Source: Sminthopsis crassicaudata (Eukaryota). Taken from it: a DNA stretch of 60,394 nt. A program made the position numbers and the translations under genes. Within the stretch, counting starts at the first letter, position 1. Each line of letters opens with the position of its first letter. Of the stretch, positions 1 through 10,339 are shown in pieces. The DNA is taken from contig NC_133618.1 of assembly GCF_048593235.1 (NCBI RefSeq), positions 333,454,562 through 333,514,955 of the forward strand. Reading direction: 5' to 3'. The notes below the pieces were generated by a model. It was not told where the DNA came from. It did no database searches and saw only the letters and a list, made by a program, of their open reading frames with translations.

Positions 1-660
1 TCCTAGGATGTCCAATGACATATTTTGCTGCAAATAAAAAGCAGATTCAGAAAGAATTATTTGACATACTGTTTAATTGACAGAGTAGCAAGCTAACCGT
101 AAGGGACTTCAGCAGCATCCTTCACCTTTTGTTCCCTCTTTTCAGCTACTATAGTCTGGAAGAGAGAAGATGTAAGCTATATGCAAAAGAGTTTGTAGAA
201 AAAAAATTCCAACCCTTCCAGTCTGTTGAAAAGAATGTTTAACTGTTTCCAGGACAAAAATAGCTCAAACAACCCTTAATTTAGTGCTGGGAAACTTCCA
301 GGGCCAAATTGAAACGTTCAAAGAAATGCAGAAAATAAAAGAGAATCACTTCTATCCCTTCTAAGCAGTAGAGAAAGTAGTAAGACCTGGCGTGGATCCC
401 AGAAAAGTTAGCTAACTATTGTATTAAATCTATTTTGTTATTGTAGAGAAGAGTGAATGCCAGCAAAACCATTTTTTCTTTCTTTTATGTATGTAACAAT
501 TTAAATGTGATGAATCTGTTCAGCACATATTGAAATTGGAGTCAATTTTAAAAGAAATGGGACTTTTTTATAGTGAAATTACCCCCAAAAAAATTATCTG
601 ATTGGAACTAGAGTATTATTTCAGGAGTTTTCTTTTTCTTTTTGGACTAGCCAATCTGGA

Positions 661-837
661 GGGAAGGAGGGAAGGAGGGGAGAGAGGGAAAGAGAGAAAG
701 AGAGACAGAGAGACAAAGAGACAGAGAGATAGAGACAGACAGGGAGAGATACAGAGAGGCAGAAACAAAGGGAGAGGGAAAGGGAGATGGAGAGAGAGGA
801 AAGGAGGAAAAGAGGTAGAGAGGAGGAGAAAGTAGAG
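661..837. repeat. GA-rich low-complexity repeat ((GA)n/(GAGACA)n-like) running into the gap
   Basis: Near-pure purine run, e.g. gagagagggaaagagagaaagagagacagagagac, up to the first N. Confidence 0.95.
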
Positions 838-1193
838 NNNNNNNNNNNNNNNNNNNNNNNNNNNNNNNNNNNNNNNNNNNNNNNNNNNNNNNNNNNNNNN
901 NNNNNNNNNNNNNNNNNNNNNNNNNNNNNNNNNNNNNNNNNNNNNNNNNNNNNNNNNNNNNNNNNNNNNNNNNNNNNNNNNNNNNNNNNNNNNNNNNNNN
1001 NNNNNNNNNNNNNNNNNNNNNNNNNNNNNNNNNNNNNNNNNNNNNNNNNNNNNNNNNNNNNNNNNNNNNNNNNNNNNNNNNNNNNNNNNNNNNNNNNNNN
1101 NNNNNNNNNNNNNNNNNNNNNNNNNNNNNNNNNNNNNNNNNNNNNNNNNNNNNNNNNNNNNNNNNNNNNNNNNNNNNNNNNNNNNNNNNNNNN
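838..1193. other. Assembly gap (356 N)
   Basis: Run of n characters; the X-containing ORFs over it are artefacts. Confidence 1.
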
Positions 1194-1334
1194 AAGAAGA
1201 AAAACTCTCATTCCTCAATTTTTTTAATTGAAACAATTCAAATTGATGATGAATTTGATTGGGTTTTATGCAATGTGAGGCAATGGAAACTCCCTCTACA
1301 GTCAAAGTACCAAGTTTCAAATCTTCCTGACACT

Positions 1335-1432
1335 TGACATTATGTTGCTTTTGTCAAGTTATTTGATCATCCTAGGTTTTGGTTTCTTTATCTGAAAAAT
1401 GAAGGAAATAGATTATAATCTATAATCCTTTG
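1335..1432 (+). mobile_element. MIR-family SINE fragment
   Basis: caagttatttgatc...ggtttctttatctgaaaaatgaagg resembles the MIR core (caagtcacttaacctc...tttcctcatctgtaaaatg). Confidence 0.5.
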
Positions 1433-1704
1433 ATGAACCAAATTGAAAATGGAAGGGTGGAAGGAAAGGGAGACTGAGCCAGTATATGCCTATGTTGCAT
1501 ATTGAATTTCATACTAAAATTTCTCTGCCTTGCTAACGTTAAGATTTTTTTTTAAATATGGATATGTTGGTATCCCCAATTTGTTTTTTCTCCCTCTCCC
1601 AAAATCATATGTCTATATTCATAAAGATAAAGTCTGAGGGATATAGGAATCTATTCCAATACTGTATTTATCTTATATCCAATGTGATAGAAATACATAT
1701 ATTT

Positions 1705-2309
1705 TGTAAAGATGGCATCATTTTCAAAGCACTGAACTGTAACATGCCCTCCTAGCAGTTACAATTACTAGTCTGCCCTAGGCCCAACAGAATACCTTTG
1801 ACCACTGACCTTTGCAGTGTCAACTCTACCCAGCTCGCCTCCTCTGAGGCCTTCAAAGGTCTTTGGCCACGATCTCTTGAATTTATAGTTTAATAACCGG
1901 TAGCACGCTCAAGAACAGCCACGTGTAATCTTAAAAGCCTTTATTATACCTACTCACATAATACCCTGACTTGATGCTCTGACTTGTCAGTTCCCTAGTG
2001 AACATCTGGTCTGAAGACCCATGTGTTCACTACCAAACTCCTTACCTCTAGGCTACCCATCAGCTTGGCTTGGCTACCCCAGGTTAGGGAGCCAGGTTAA
2101 GAGAGCGACTGCTCTCTGCAGTGGGCTTATAAAGGGCCTGTGAGGTCATACACACAGCCAATCAGCGAGAGAGTCATCACCCATTACGAAGCTATCTCAA
2201 TGTGGCCAAGATCCCACCCACAGGGAAGTCCTAATATCCACAGAGAATACTTCCAGGCCACTCAATCTCCCGTTGCGCTGTGGCACCACCCATTTAAAGG
2301 GCCCTTACA
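1705..2309 (-). mobile_element. ERV LTR (605 bp), probably the 3' LTR of the adjacent ERV2 remnant
   Basis: Inverted termini TGTAA...TTACA. On the minus strand, a TATA-like CTTTATAAG (~2127) precedes AATAAA (~1940). A purine-rich PPT-like AAACAAGAGAATGAAAT abuts the LTR start. ATTT also flanks both ends. Confidence 0.85.
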
Positions 2310-2597
2310 ATTTCATTCTCTTGTTTGCGGGAACCGCACATCTCATCAAGCTAAACTTTTAACACCAGCTATAGTTCACTTGATCCATGAGATGACAGAG
2401 TGTTATGCCCAAGGATGTACAAAGCAGCAGATCAGTAAACAGAAGTATGACAATGAGAACTAGGCTCAACAGTGGCCCAAGTGTTCAACCCATTCATTCA
2501 ACCCAAGTCATACTCAAGGAGATAATAAGCCAAAGAGGTTGGATGCCAATGAGGTAGGATGTCAACACTGAGGTGGTAAGTCAACAAGGTAAAACAT

Positions 2598-2786
2598 CAC
2601 AATTCTAGTTAACAATTAAATATCAGTGAGATAGGTTGTCACAATTCTAGTTACATTTATCACAATTCTAGACCAATTCTAGTTTATCACAATTCTCTAT
2701 TGCACTTTTCACAATTCTAGAGCAATTCTAGCTTATCACAATTCTCTATTGCACTTTTCACAATCCTAGAGCAATTCTAGTTTCAC
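2598..2786. repeat. CACAATTCTAG-based tandem array with a 49-bp higher-order duplication
   Basis: Repeated (c)acaattctag; the unit caattctagtttatcacaattctctattgcacttttcacaattctagag occurs ~2.3 times. Confidence 0.9.
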
Positions 2787-3149
2787 AGGTGCACATAAGC
2801 AAAGTCATGTCTAGTAACATTGTCTCAATAACAACGGCAGGTGGGTGCGTTGGTTTTTCACCCACTAATTTAAAAGCATAGTCCTTCAATAGAAAGCATA
2901 GGGTAAAGCCTCTCTCCAGGCCATCATATGGCAAGTGGCCACAGGAGGAGCAAGCAGGCCCATTGTCCATTTACAGTCTTTATATTGCATATCACCCAAA
3001 ACAGTCCATTTCAGCTGCAACACTGGAACTGTCTGTTGTCTCTGGTGTCATGGTCAGGAGGGACATTGCTGCCAGCAGCATCTGGAGGGCTGCTGACATC
3101 TGGCTGGTCCCTCTGGGCTGTTGTCTGGTCCTTCTCTTGGATCCCCAGG

Positions 3150-4001
3150 TTACAAATGTCTCTGGTGGAGATCAACTCTGCTGCTGGATCTGCACCTAGG
3201 AAGGAATGTACCCCGGGCCCAATTTGGGCCTTTCCAAATGCCATCCAGGCCTTTCCACATCACAGTGGAAACAAAGTTGTCAAAAAGATTAACAAAAGTC
3301 AGACAAAAGTTAATCAGTCTGTCACTTAGCTGTACTTTCTGTGTATGCCTGAAGTTCATTGCTAAGGTAAAATGCAAAGAATTTAAAAATGTAAAACCAA
3401 AATAATTTAAAAGTGTAAAACTGAAATAGATTAAAAGTGTAAAACCAAAATAACTTAAAAATATAAAATAAAAATAACTTAGTAATGTAAAATCAAAATA
3501 CTTTAAAGATGTAAAATCAAAATTTAAAAATTGCAAGCAATCACATATATGTATTGCCACATCTTGCGCACATCCCAAAATTCCTTTCTCTTGTTTAGAA
3601 GAGAAGATCTTGGGGATAGTCTGTGCAGTAATGACTTTACTAATAGGATTATAAGAAATGCCAATGGAATGGGCAAAGTCAAATTCAATGCAAAAACACC
3701 TAAAGGCAAAATATTTGTAAGCCAATCCATAAACTGTCTTAAATGCATGTGAAATTTCTACAATGGAAAAATAGTTGATCACATGTCTAGCTGCTTCTCC
3801 AGATTGGAATGAAGCCATAATGTCCATTGGTCTTAAAACATTAAATTTCAAATCATAAGGGTTTTGTCCTATAGGGAGTATAGGAGAGTGAAAGAAAGAT
3901 AAGCTGTGTAAAGCTTCCTCTTTAGTTATCACAGTTTGCAAATATAAGATTGTAGCAGCCTGATTATAAATGATGTGAAGTTCCACTCTGAAAATGTACA
4001 T
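3150..4001 (-). pseudogene. pol: 283-aa open integrase-derived ORF, predicted catalytically dead, with an internal 8-aa repeat
   Basis: Longest real ORF in the window and colinear with betaretroviral integrase. KTDNG reads KTVYG, the VER glutamate is absent and the zinc-finger CxxC is deleted. Confidence 0.7.
3354..3521 (-). repeat. 24-bp tandem repeat, ~7 copies, in frame within the integrase ORF
   Basis: Encodes FDFTSLKY/FDFTLLSY/FYFIFLSY/FGFTLLIY/FSFTLLNY/FGFTFLNS/LHFTLAMN. Confidence 0.85.
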
Positions 4002-4389
4002 GTAGGGTATATTTATCTGAGCGCTTTCTCACTCACTCTCGAAGTTCTTAAAAGAGCTGATACCTTTTCAATGGTCTTTCATAATAGGGATGGCATTAAG
4101 ATGGCACATTCTCTCAAGGCAAAACTGGGGTGTGGTGTGATTTAGGATTAGAAGCTTTAATTTAACACTTTTTTTCTAATCATCTGTAAAATTGAACTCA
4201 TTTTTTTCATTCTATATTTTTAAAGGGGCATGTCTACAACTCACAATGTGTTCATCAATATACCTTCAAGTCTGAGTCAGTTTTGTGTTGAAGCATCCTC
4301 TCTTCTCCCTCCCATCACCACCTTAAGAACAATACCAGGGAATTGGGGAGATTTTATACATATTGTTTCCATTCAATTCAACTTCTAAT

Positions 4390-5430
4390 GATTCATGCTT
4401 AGTATCATAGATGCCATAATACTGAAACCTATTTTTCAATTTTTAAACAGAAATTACTGTTGTATTTTGTCAGCAGATTGTTTTGCACATATTGATATAA
4501 TCATGTGATTTTGCTATTATTTGTCTATTATGTTTATACTATTCTTAATATTGTACCAACTCTGAATTATTGACATAAAAATAATCATGCCATAGTGCAT
4601 ATTTCAATATTTTCCTTAACCTCTATGATAATTATTTAATAATTTTGCATTAATACTCATTAGAAATATTGATCTGTGCTTTCCTGTATCTTTCATTAAT
4701 TGAATTTGAATCGGTTTAGATATAAGGATTATGTTTGTCTCACAGGCAGACTTTGATAGCATCTCTCTAGTTTTGCAATCAATTTATGTATTATAAGAAT
4801 AATTATTCTTTGAATTTTTGATAAATTCACTTTTTTAAAATCCCATTACAAGCATTATAGTGAATCAAAATTAATTTCCACACTGTCTATATTCAAAAAG
4901 TATTTGTCTTATTCTTCATTCTGAACCTTCACTTCTTTATCATGAAGTGGATAGCATGTTTCATCATCTGTCCTCTGAAATAGTGAATGTACATTGTGCT
5001 GATAAAAGATCAGTACAAAAGTATTCCATCATATTTATACACCATAACTTTTTTCATTCATTCCCTAGTTTATAGGAACCCCTCAGATTCCCATACTTGC
5101 TAATAGCTATAAATGTTTTTGTGCATTCTTAAAATTTTTTCTGTAGCATTATACTCAATTTCTCTGAGAAAGTTATTCTTGACTATAAAGCCATATAATT
5201 TGTCTTCTGGAACATCATATTCCAAGTTCTCTATCTTTTATTGTGGTGACTACTAAGTCATGTGTGATTCAGACTGTGTGATTCCTTAGTACTTAAATTC
5301 TTTCTGGCTACTTGCAGAATTTTTTCTTTGACCTGGAAACTTTGGATTTTAGCTATGATATACCCAGGAGTTCTCATTTGTGCATTTCTTTCAGGAAGTA
5401 ACTGGTGGATTCTTTCTATTTCCACTCATC
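4390..5430 (-). mobile_element. Old L1 fragments (ORF2 RT region and ORF1 C-terminal region)
   Basis: T-rich antisense L1 texture; ORF1-end motifs such as cttcaggaagtaactggtggattctttctatttcc. Confidence 0.65.
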
Positions 5431-5502
5431 TATCCCAAGAAAACCCCAAATAGTGGTCACAAGGAGTTATATATGATGGAAATGACTGAACAACAACAAA
5501 AG
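5430..5502 (+). mobile_element. MAR1-type SINE 3' tail
   Basis: ccaagaaaaccccaaatagtggtcac...atgactgaacaacaacaa. Confidence 0.55.
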
Positions 5503-5509
5503 TATAAGA

Positions 5510-5935
5510 CTAAAAAGGCTGGAGGGAATAAGGTTATGAAGGGTTTTGAAAGATATTTTGTGTTTGATTCTGATCACCATAAGGAACCAGTGGAGTTTTG
5601 GGGTGTTTTTTTTTTTGTTTGTTTGTTTGTTTTTGTTTTGTTGGTTTTTTTTAGTAAGGGAATGAAATAGATGGATTTGTACTTCAGGAAAATCATTTTG
5701 GTGGATGAATGGAGAATGGATTGGAGTAGGGAAAAAACTGAGGCAAACAACCCTACTAGTAGACTATTCCAGTTGTCTAGTCATGAGATGAAAGGCCTAA
5801 ACTAGAGTGAGGGCAGTTTCAGAGGAGAAAAGCAGTCATAGAGAAGTGATTAAATCAAGGTAAAATCAAAAGACTTTGGCAAAAGCTTGGATATTGGGAG
5901 ATGAGAAATGGTGAGGAGTCAAGGATGACTTTTAG
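5510..5935 (-). mobile_element. L2 fragment
   Basis: Purine-rich antisense L2 motifs (aggaaaatcattttggtgg...gaggagtcaaggatgact). Confidence 0.65.
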
Positions 5936-7637
5936 GTGCAAACTAGAAGGATTAAAAGGAGGATTTTTGCCTTCTACAGTAATAGAAAAAGTAAAAAGAA
6001 GGGAGGCCAGAAGTCTTTTGTCACTCTAACCATGGATGCTCTTCGAAATCTAGAAGCCCCTCAGAGAGGGGGATGTTCCAGCATGAAATTAAGAGGGATG
6101 GAAGCCTATAGTGCTCTGACCAAGGATCTTCCAAGGGGACCTGTCCAGCATAAAAGCAGACATTTTATGGGAAATGAAAGCCATAGGCAAGAGCATCAAG
6201 AATCATTGTACTAAATTGTACCAAATACGACTTAATGACTCAAACCAAGTTTGTAGGAGCAGCTAGCCTAGTCCTGACCCTACCAAAAAGTCTCAAACTA
6301 AGAACTAAAACTGAGATATGCATAAAGAGAAGAAAACACCCAATACAACAAAGAAATACTGTGGATTTTAGACACCCCAGATATGAAATGAAAAGAATAG
6401 AATAATTCCATAACTACAAGCAAAGCCTTTTGTGGGGAGAGGAGGATGGGTGAGAATTGGCCTGGCCCCAAGAACAATAAGAATACATAGAGGAAGCAAG
6501 GGTTAAATATGAAATAAAAACTCTGGAGAAAAGCAAGCAGAACCCAGTGACTCCAAAAGAAAACAAAAATAATTATTAAGAGCCTATTATATGCAAATCA
6601 TTCTGCTTAATTCTGAGGAGAAAAATAGAAAAGCAAGATTGTTCTTAAATTTTTATAAGAAATATTAGAACAAAGTCAAAAGATTTTAAAAAAAACAGAA
6701 AAATAATCTGTGGGAGTCTCTATTCTAAAGACAACTGTTCTTGAAAACATTTTTAGTAGAAATAAGCTAATAATCACCAGGCTTCCTGAAAACCATAACC
6801 AAACAAAAAAGCTGAAATCACAAAAGAAAACTGCCTTAATCTACTAGAACTAGAGAGCAAAATGAAAATACAAAGCATTGAGGGAATTCTGGGGAAATGG
6901 AAAAGTTGATCAGAAAATTCCAAGCTCTACAAATTTTCCCCACACACAAGGTAAAAATAATGTCTAAGGGCACACATAGAGTAATAAAAATAAACAAGAG
7001 TTAGGGCAGAACAGTGGTCCCACTAGGACAACCAGAGAAAATCTGAAGAAAGAGGTCAGGATTACAGAGCTTTGGCATGAGTGAAATGTAAATACTTCCA
7101 GGTTAAGCAGCAAGCTCTGAGGCTAGATGGGGTGGGAGGTACCTCTACACCAGCTCCAGGAATTTTTGCCTCCTGGATAATATGGGAAATCAGACCTCTA
7201 GGTGAGGGATTTTGAAGGAACCTTTACTGATAAGAGCACCAGAGTGAGAAGTAACTAGCATGTTCCCAATGAGTACAGAAGCAGTGGATCATGAATGAAG
7301 CTGTTTTTGAGTACTAAGAGGAGAGTAGAATTCTTCATTTGTATTCCAGACCAGGAGGGGGAACCTAAAGCCAGAGGCACCAAACCTCAAATCCAGGACT
7401 AGGGGTGATTATAAGAAGCTGCTGTAATTTTATTTTTAATGAAGAGACAAAGGGAAAAGAACTCAACTATAGAGAGTTATGGAATAGGGAAGACCAGAGT
7501 TCATCTTCAGAGGAGGATAACTGAAGAAAAAACAAAAAAAAAAACCTTTCTTTCCCCAAAGAGTAACTTCAAATAGTAACCTGTCCAAAAGGTATTGGTA
7601 GAAGAATTCAAAAAGGGCTTTAAAATAAATGAGAAGT

Positions 7638-7800
7638 GAGCAGCTAGATAGATGGCACAGTGGAATATCACCTCTGGAGTCAGGAGGACTTGAACTCAAA
7701 TACAGCCTCAGACACTTAACACTTACTAGCACTGTGACTCTGAGCAAGTCATTTAACCCCAATGCCCTTGCAAAAAATAAAAATAATAAATAATAAATAA
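7638..7800 (+). mobile_element. WSINE1-type tRNA-derived SINE
   Basis: gcagctagatagatggcacagtgg...ggagtcaggaggacttgaactcaaat...ctcagacacttaacacttactagc...caagtcatttaaccccaatgcc followed by (AAAT)n. Confidence 0.85.
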
Positions 7801-8358
7801 AAGAAATTGAGAGGAAAAAAATTTAAATAAGAATAATCCAAGAAAAACAAGACTATGTAAAGAGACAACTAACTGGAAAAGGAAACCAAAATCTTAAGGT
7901 AGAAAAGAACTTCTTGAAAATTAGAATTGGGCAAGGAGAAGCCACCAAAGTTATAAGAGACCAAGAAATAATAAAAGAAAATACAAAGAATAAAAAATAG
8001 AATCAAATGTGAAAATAAGAAAAACAAATGATCTGGAGAACCAGATCAAGAAGAGAAAATATAAGAATAATCAAACCACCCAAAAAAAGAAATATTTATT
8101 TAATCCTGATATAATAATACAAAAAAAAAAATTAAAGAAAATTGTGCTGAAGTATTCAATCAAGACAGGAAAATAAAAATAAAAACCACTGATCACCACC
8201 TCAAAGAGATCCTATGAGGAAAACCTATAGGAATATCACAGACAAATTCTGAAATCCTTGGATCAAGGAAAAAATATTATGAGCAACAAGTTTAAAAAAA
8301 AAACTATTTGACTATAGCAGAGTCATAATTTGAATCACACAAGACTTAGCAGTGGCTA

Positions 8359-9086
8359 TGATGAGGTTAGTGGCAGGTTTGAAGTTCAGGGAACCAATGA
8401 AGAGGTTTGGTTGCCCTAGATTCCCCTAGAATTCAGCACAGGAATTTATGAACCCGAAAAGCTAGACTGGTAAAAGAAGTTTATTATTGGCATTGGGAAG
8501 TCAGCCTTTGCTATGAATAAATAGAAAGACTAAATTCCTTAGTGGCAAGGTCCTGGTAAAGTTTCTAGCAGAGAAATTCCAACACAGAGGTATAAAGTCT
8601 TGTTATGGAAATAGGTAAGAAAGAGATAAAAGAGGAGGTAATGCTGAAAAAGAATATCATTTCAGTGGGCAGAGGGTTGCAGCTTATGCCAAGGAGAGAG
8701 AGGTTTCTTGGCCTAGCATGGCATGGCATGGCATGTTAGGTCCTCTGCAAGGACTGAGCCCCAAGTTGGCTCATTTTATAATGCTAGCCTAGGCTAGCAG
8801 CTCTTGATGGGGGCTGGTTATAGTGAGAGCTGGAATCAGAGAAAAATCTTGCAATTGAATGCATCTCTCTGGGTTAATCTTCACCTCAATGGGGAGCCTA
8901 ATCAATAGTGAGTGTTATCAATGGGGGTGGTGTCTGTTTTTCAGGGTAACAGAATGAAGCTATTTATCCTGTTTCCCTTGGGCGAGGTCTTTTACAGAGA
9001 CCAGGATTCAAGGAGACTTTCTCCTTAAAGGAGTTTCAGAGAGAGAGTTTCGGGGTCCTCCTTTCAGTTTCAGGCTCCCCTCATCA
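8359..9086 (-). mobile_element. Solo ERV LTR (728 bp) inserted in L1 ORF1
   Basis: Perfect 8-bp inverted termini TGATGAGG...CCTCATCA; minus-strand TATAAAA (~8775) and AATAAA (~8480); L1 ORF1 continues on both sides. Confidence 0.8.
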
Positions 9087-9402
9087 TTTACATTATAAGA
9101 CTGGTCTTAGAACACTATATATATCAAGGAGAAAAAGAACTGGAAATGCAGCTGAAAATATCATATCCAACAAAGTTAGACATAATCCTGAAGGGGGGAA
9201 AATGGATATTTAGTGAATAGCCAGACTTTCAAGATTTTGTTGTAACAATATTTGAACTTAATAGAAAATCTGACTTACAAAGATTCAAGAGAAATACAAT
9301 GTAAACCTCAAAGTCTAAATTCAAAGGATCCAATAAGGATTAAACTGTTTATTTTTTTATGTGTGGAAATGTAAACTGTATGTATAAAATTGTCATTAAT
9401 GG

Positions 9403-9560
9403 TGCAGCTAGATGGTGCAATGGATGGACCCGCATCCCTGAAGTCAAGAGGACCTCAGTTCAAATCCTCCCTCAGACACTTAGCATGCACTGGCTGTGTG
9501 ACCCTCAGTCAGCAAGTTATTTAATCCCAATTGCCCAGCCAACAAATAAATAAATAAATG
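9403..9560 (+). mobile_element. WSINE1-type SINE
   Basis: gcagctagatggtgcaatggat...gaagtcaagaggacctcagttcaaatcc...ctgtgtgaccct plus A-rich tail. Confidence 0.8.
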
Positions 9561-9844
9561 AAGTTTTTAATAGCAATTGGGTACTTTAAAAAAAAAAAAA
9601 AAGATTGAGATAGAACTGAATATTTATAACTTATTATATAAAATAAGTATAAGTAGAAATCATGACGTCAGACAAAGTTAAAACTAAAATAGATTTAATC
9701 AAAAGACAAAAAATTAAGGAAACTAAATGATGAGCTGATAAAGTTAGATAAATATAGAAAGACTTGTACTTATAAAGGAAAGTATTATCCATCTTCAGAG
9801 AGAGGACAAACAAGCATAAAATGATCAGACACATGCATAAAATG

Positions 9845-10000
9845 GTTATATATATATGTATGACTATAGATATCTATGTTTATGTGTAAGTAAGTAGGTG
9901 TATATATATGTATTTATATGTTTGAGTGTATATATGTATGTATGCATATATGTATATATATATGTATATATATATATATATATATGTTTGTTCCTCTGTG
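9845..10000. repeat. (TA)n/(TATG)n microsatellite
   Basis: Direct inspection. Confidence 0.9.
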
Positions 10001-10339
10001 TATGTGTATTCCCATGTTTAATTATAGTCTTAGGGATGAGAAAGGGAAAGGGAAAAAAGAATAGAGTAAAAAATAACAACAGAGAACAAAAGAAAACCTA
10101 CAAAGAAGCAAAGAAAAGATGATTATCTCTGGACAAAATAGTATTTATTACATAGGCTTTCTTGAAATAGAAATTTATTATTTTACATTTTGAATCCTTT
10201 CTTATGTTTTGTTGTGCACATGACAATTGTTTTTTTCTTTTCCTATTTTGTATTAAGTTTAAAATAAATAAATGAAAGAAAGTACAAAGCTTCAACCTGT
10301 TTCCTCCTGAAATAAAGACTGAATTAGAAGGGGAAAAAA

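Larger units (their letters stand above)
2310..4150 (-). mobile_element. Betaretrovirus-like (ERV2) internal remnant: RNase H end, integrase, heavily deleted env
   Basis: Minus-strand translations: QLF*ELRE*VRKRSDKYTLHVHF (RNase H C-terminus); GQNPYDLKFNVLRPMDI, QSGEAARHV, HSIGISYNP, LQFLNFD, VMWKGLDGIWKGP..WARG (integrase); LGPLLSLVLIVILLF (env TM anchor, ~2440-2480). Confidence 0.85.
6250..10270 (+). mobile_element. Old L1/HAL1-like region: ORF1, short endonuclease stub and HAL1-type 3' end, interrupted by SINEs and an LTR
   Basis: ORF1 motif KTNDLENQIKKR (~8015-8050); ORF1 C-terminus resumes after 9086; EN stub SDKVKTKIDLIKR (~9665-9705) then an A-rich tail ending ~10270. Confidence 0.7.

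Noticed and set aside
602-1320. Long ORFs spanning the N gap and GA repeat
   Set aside because: Artefacts of N-translation and low-complexity sequence.
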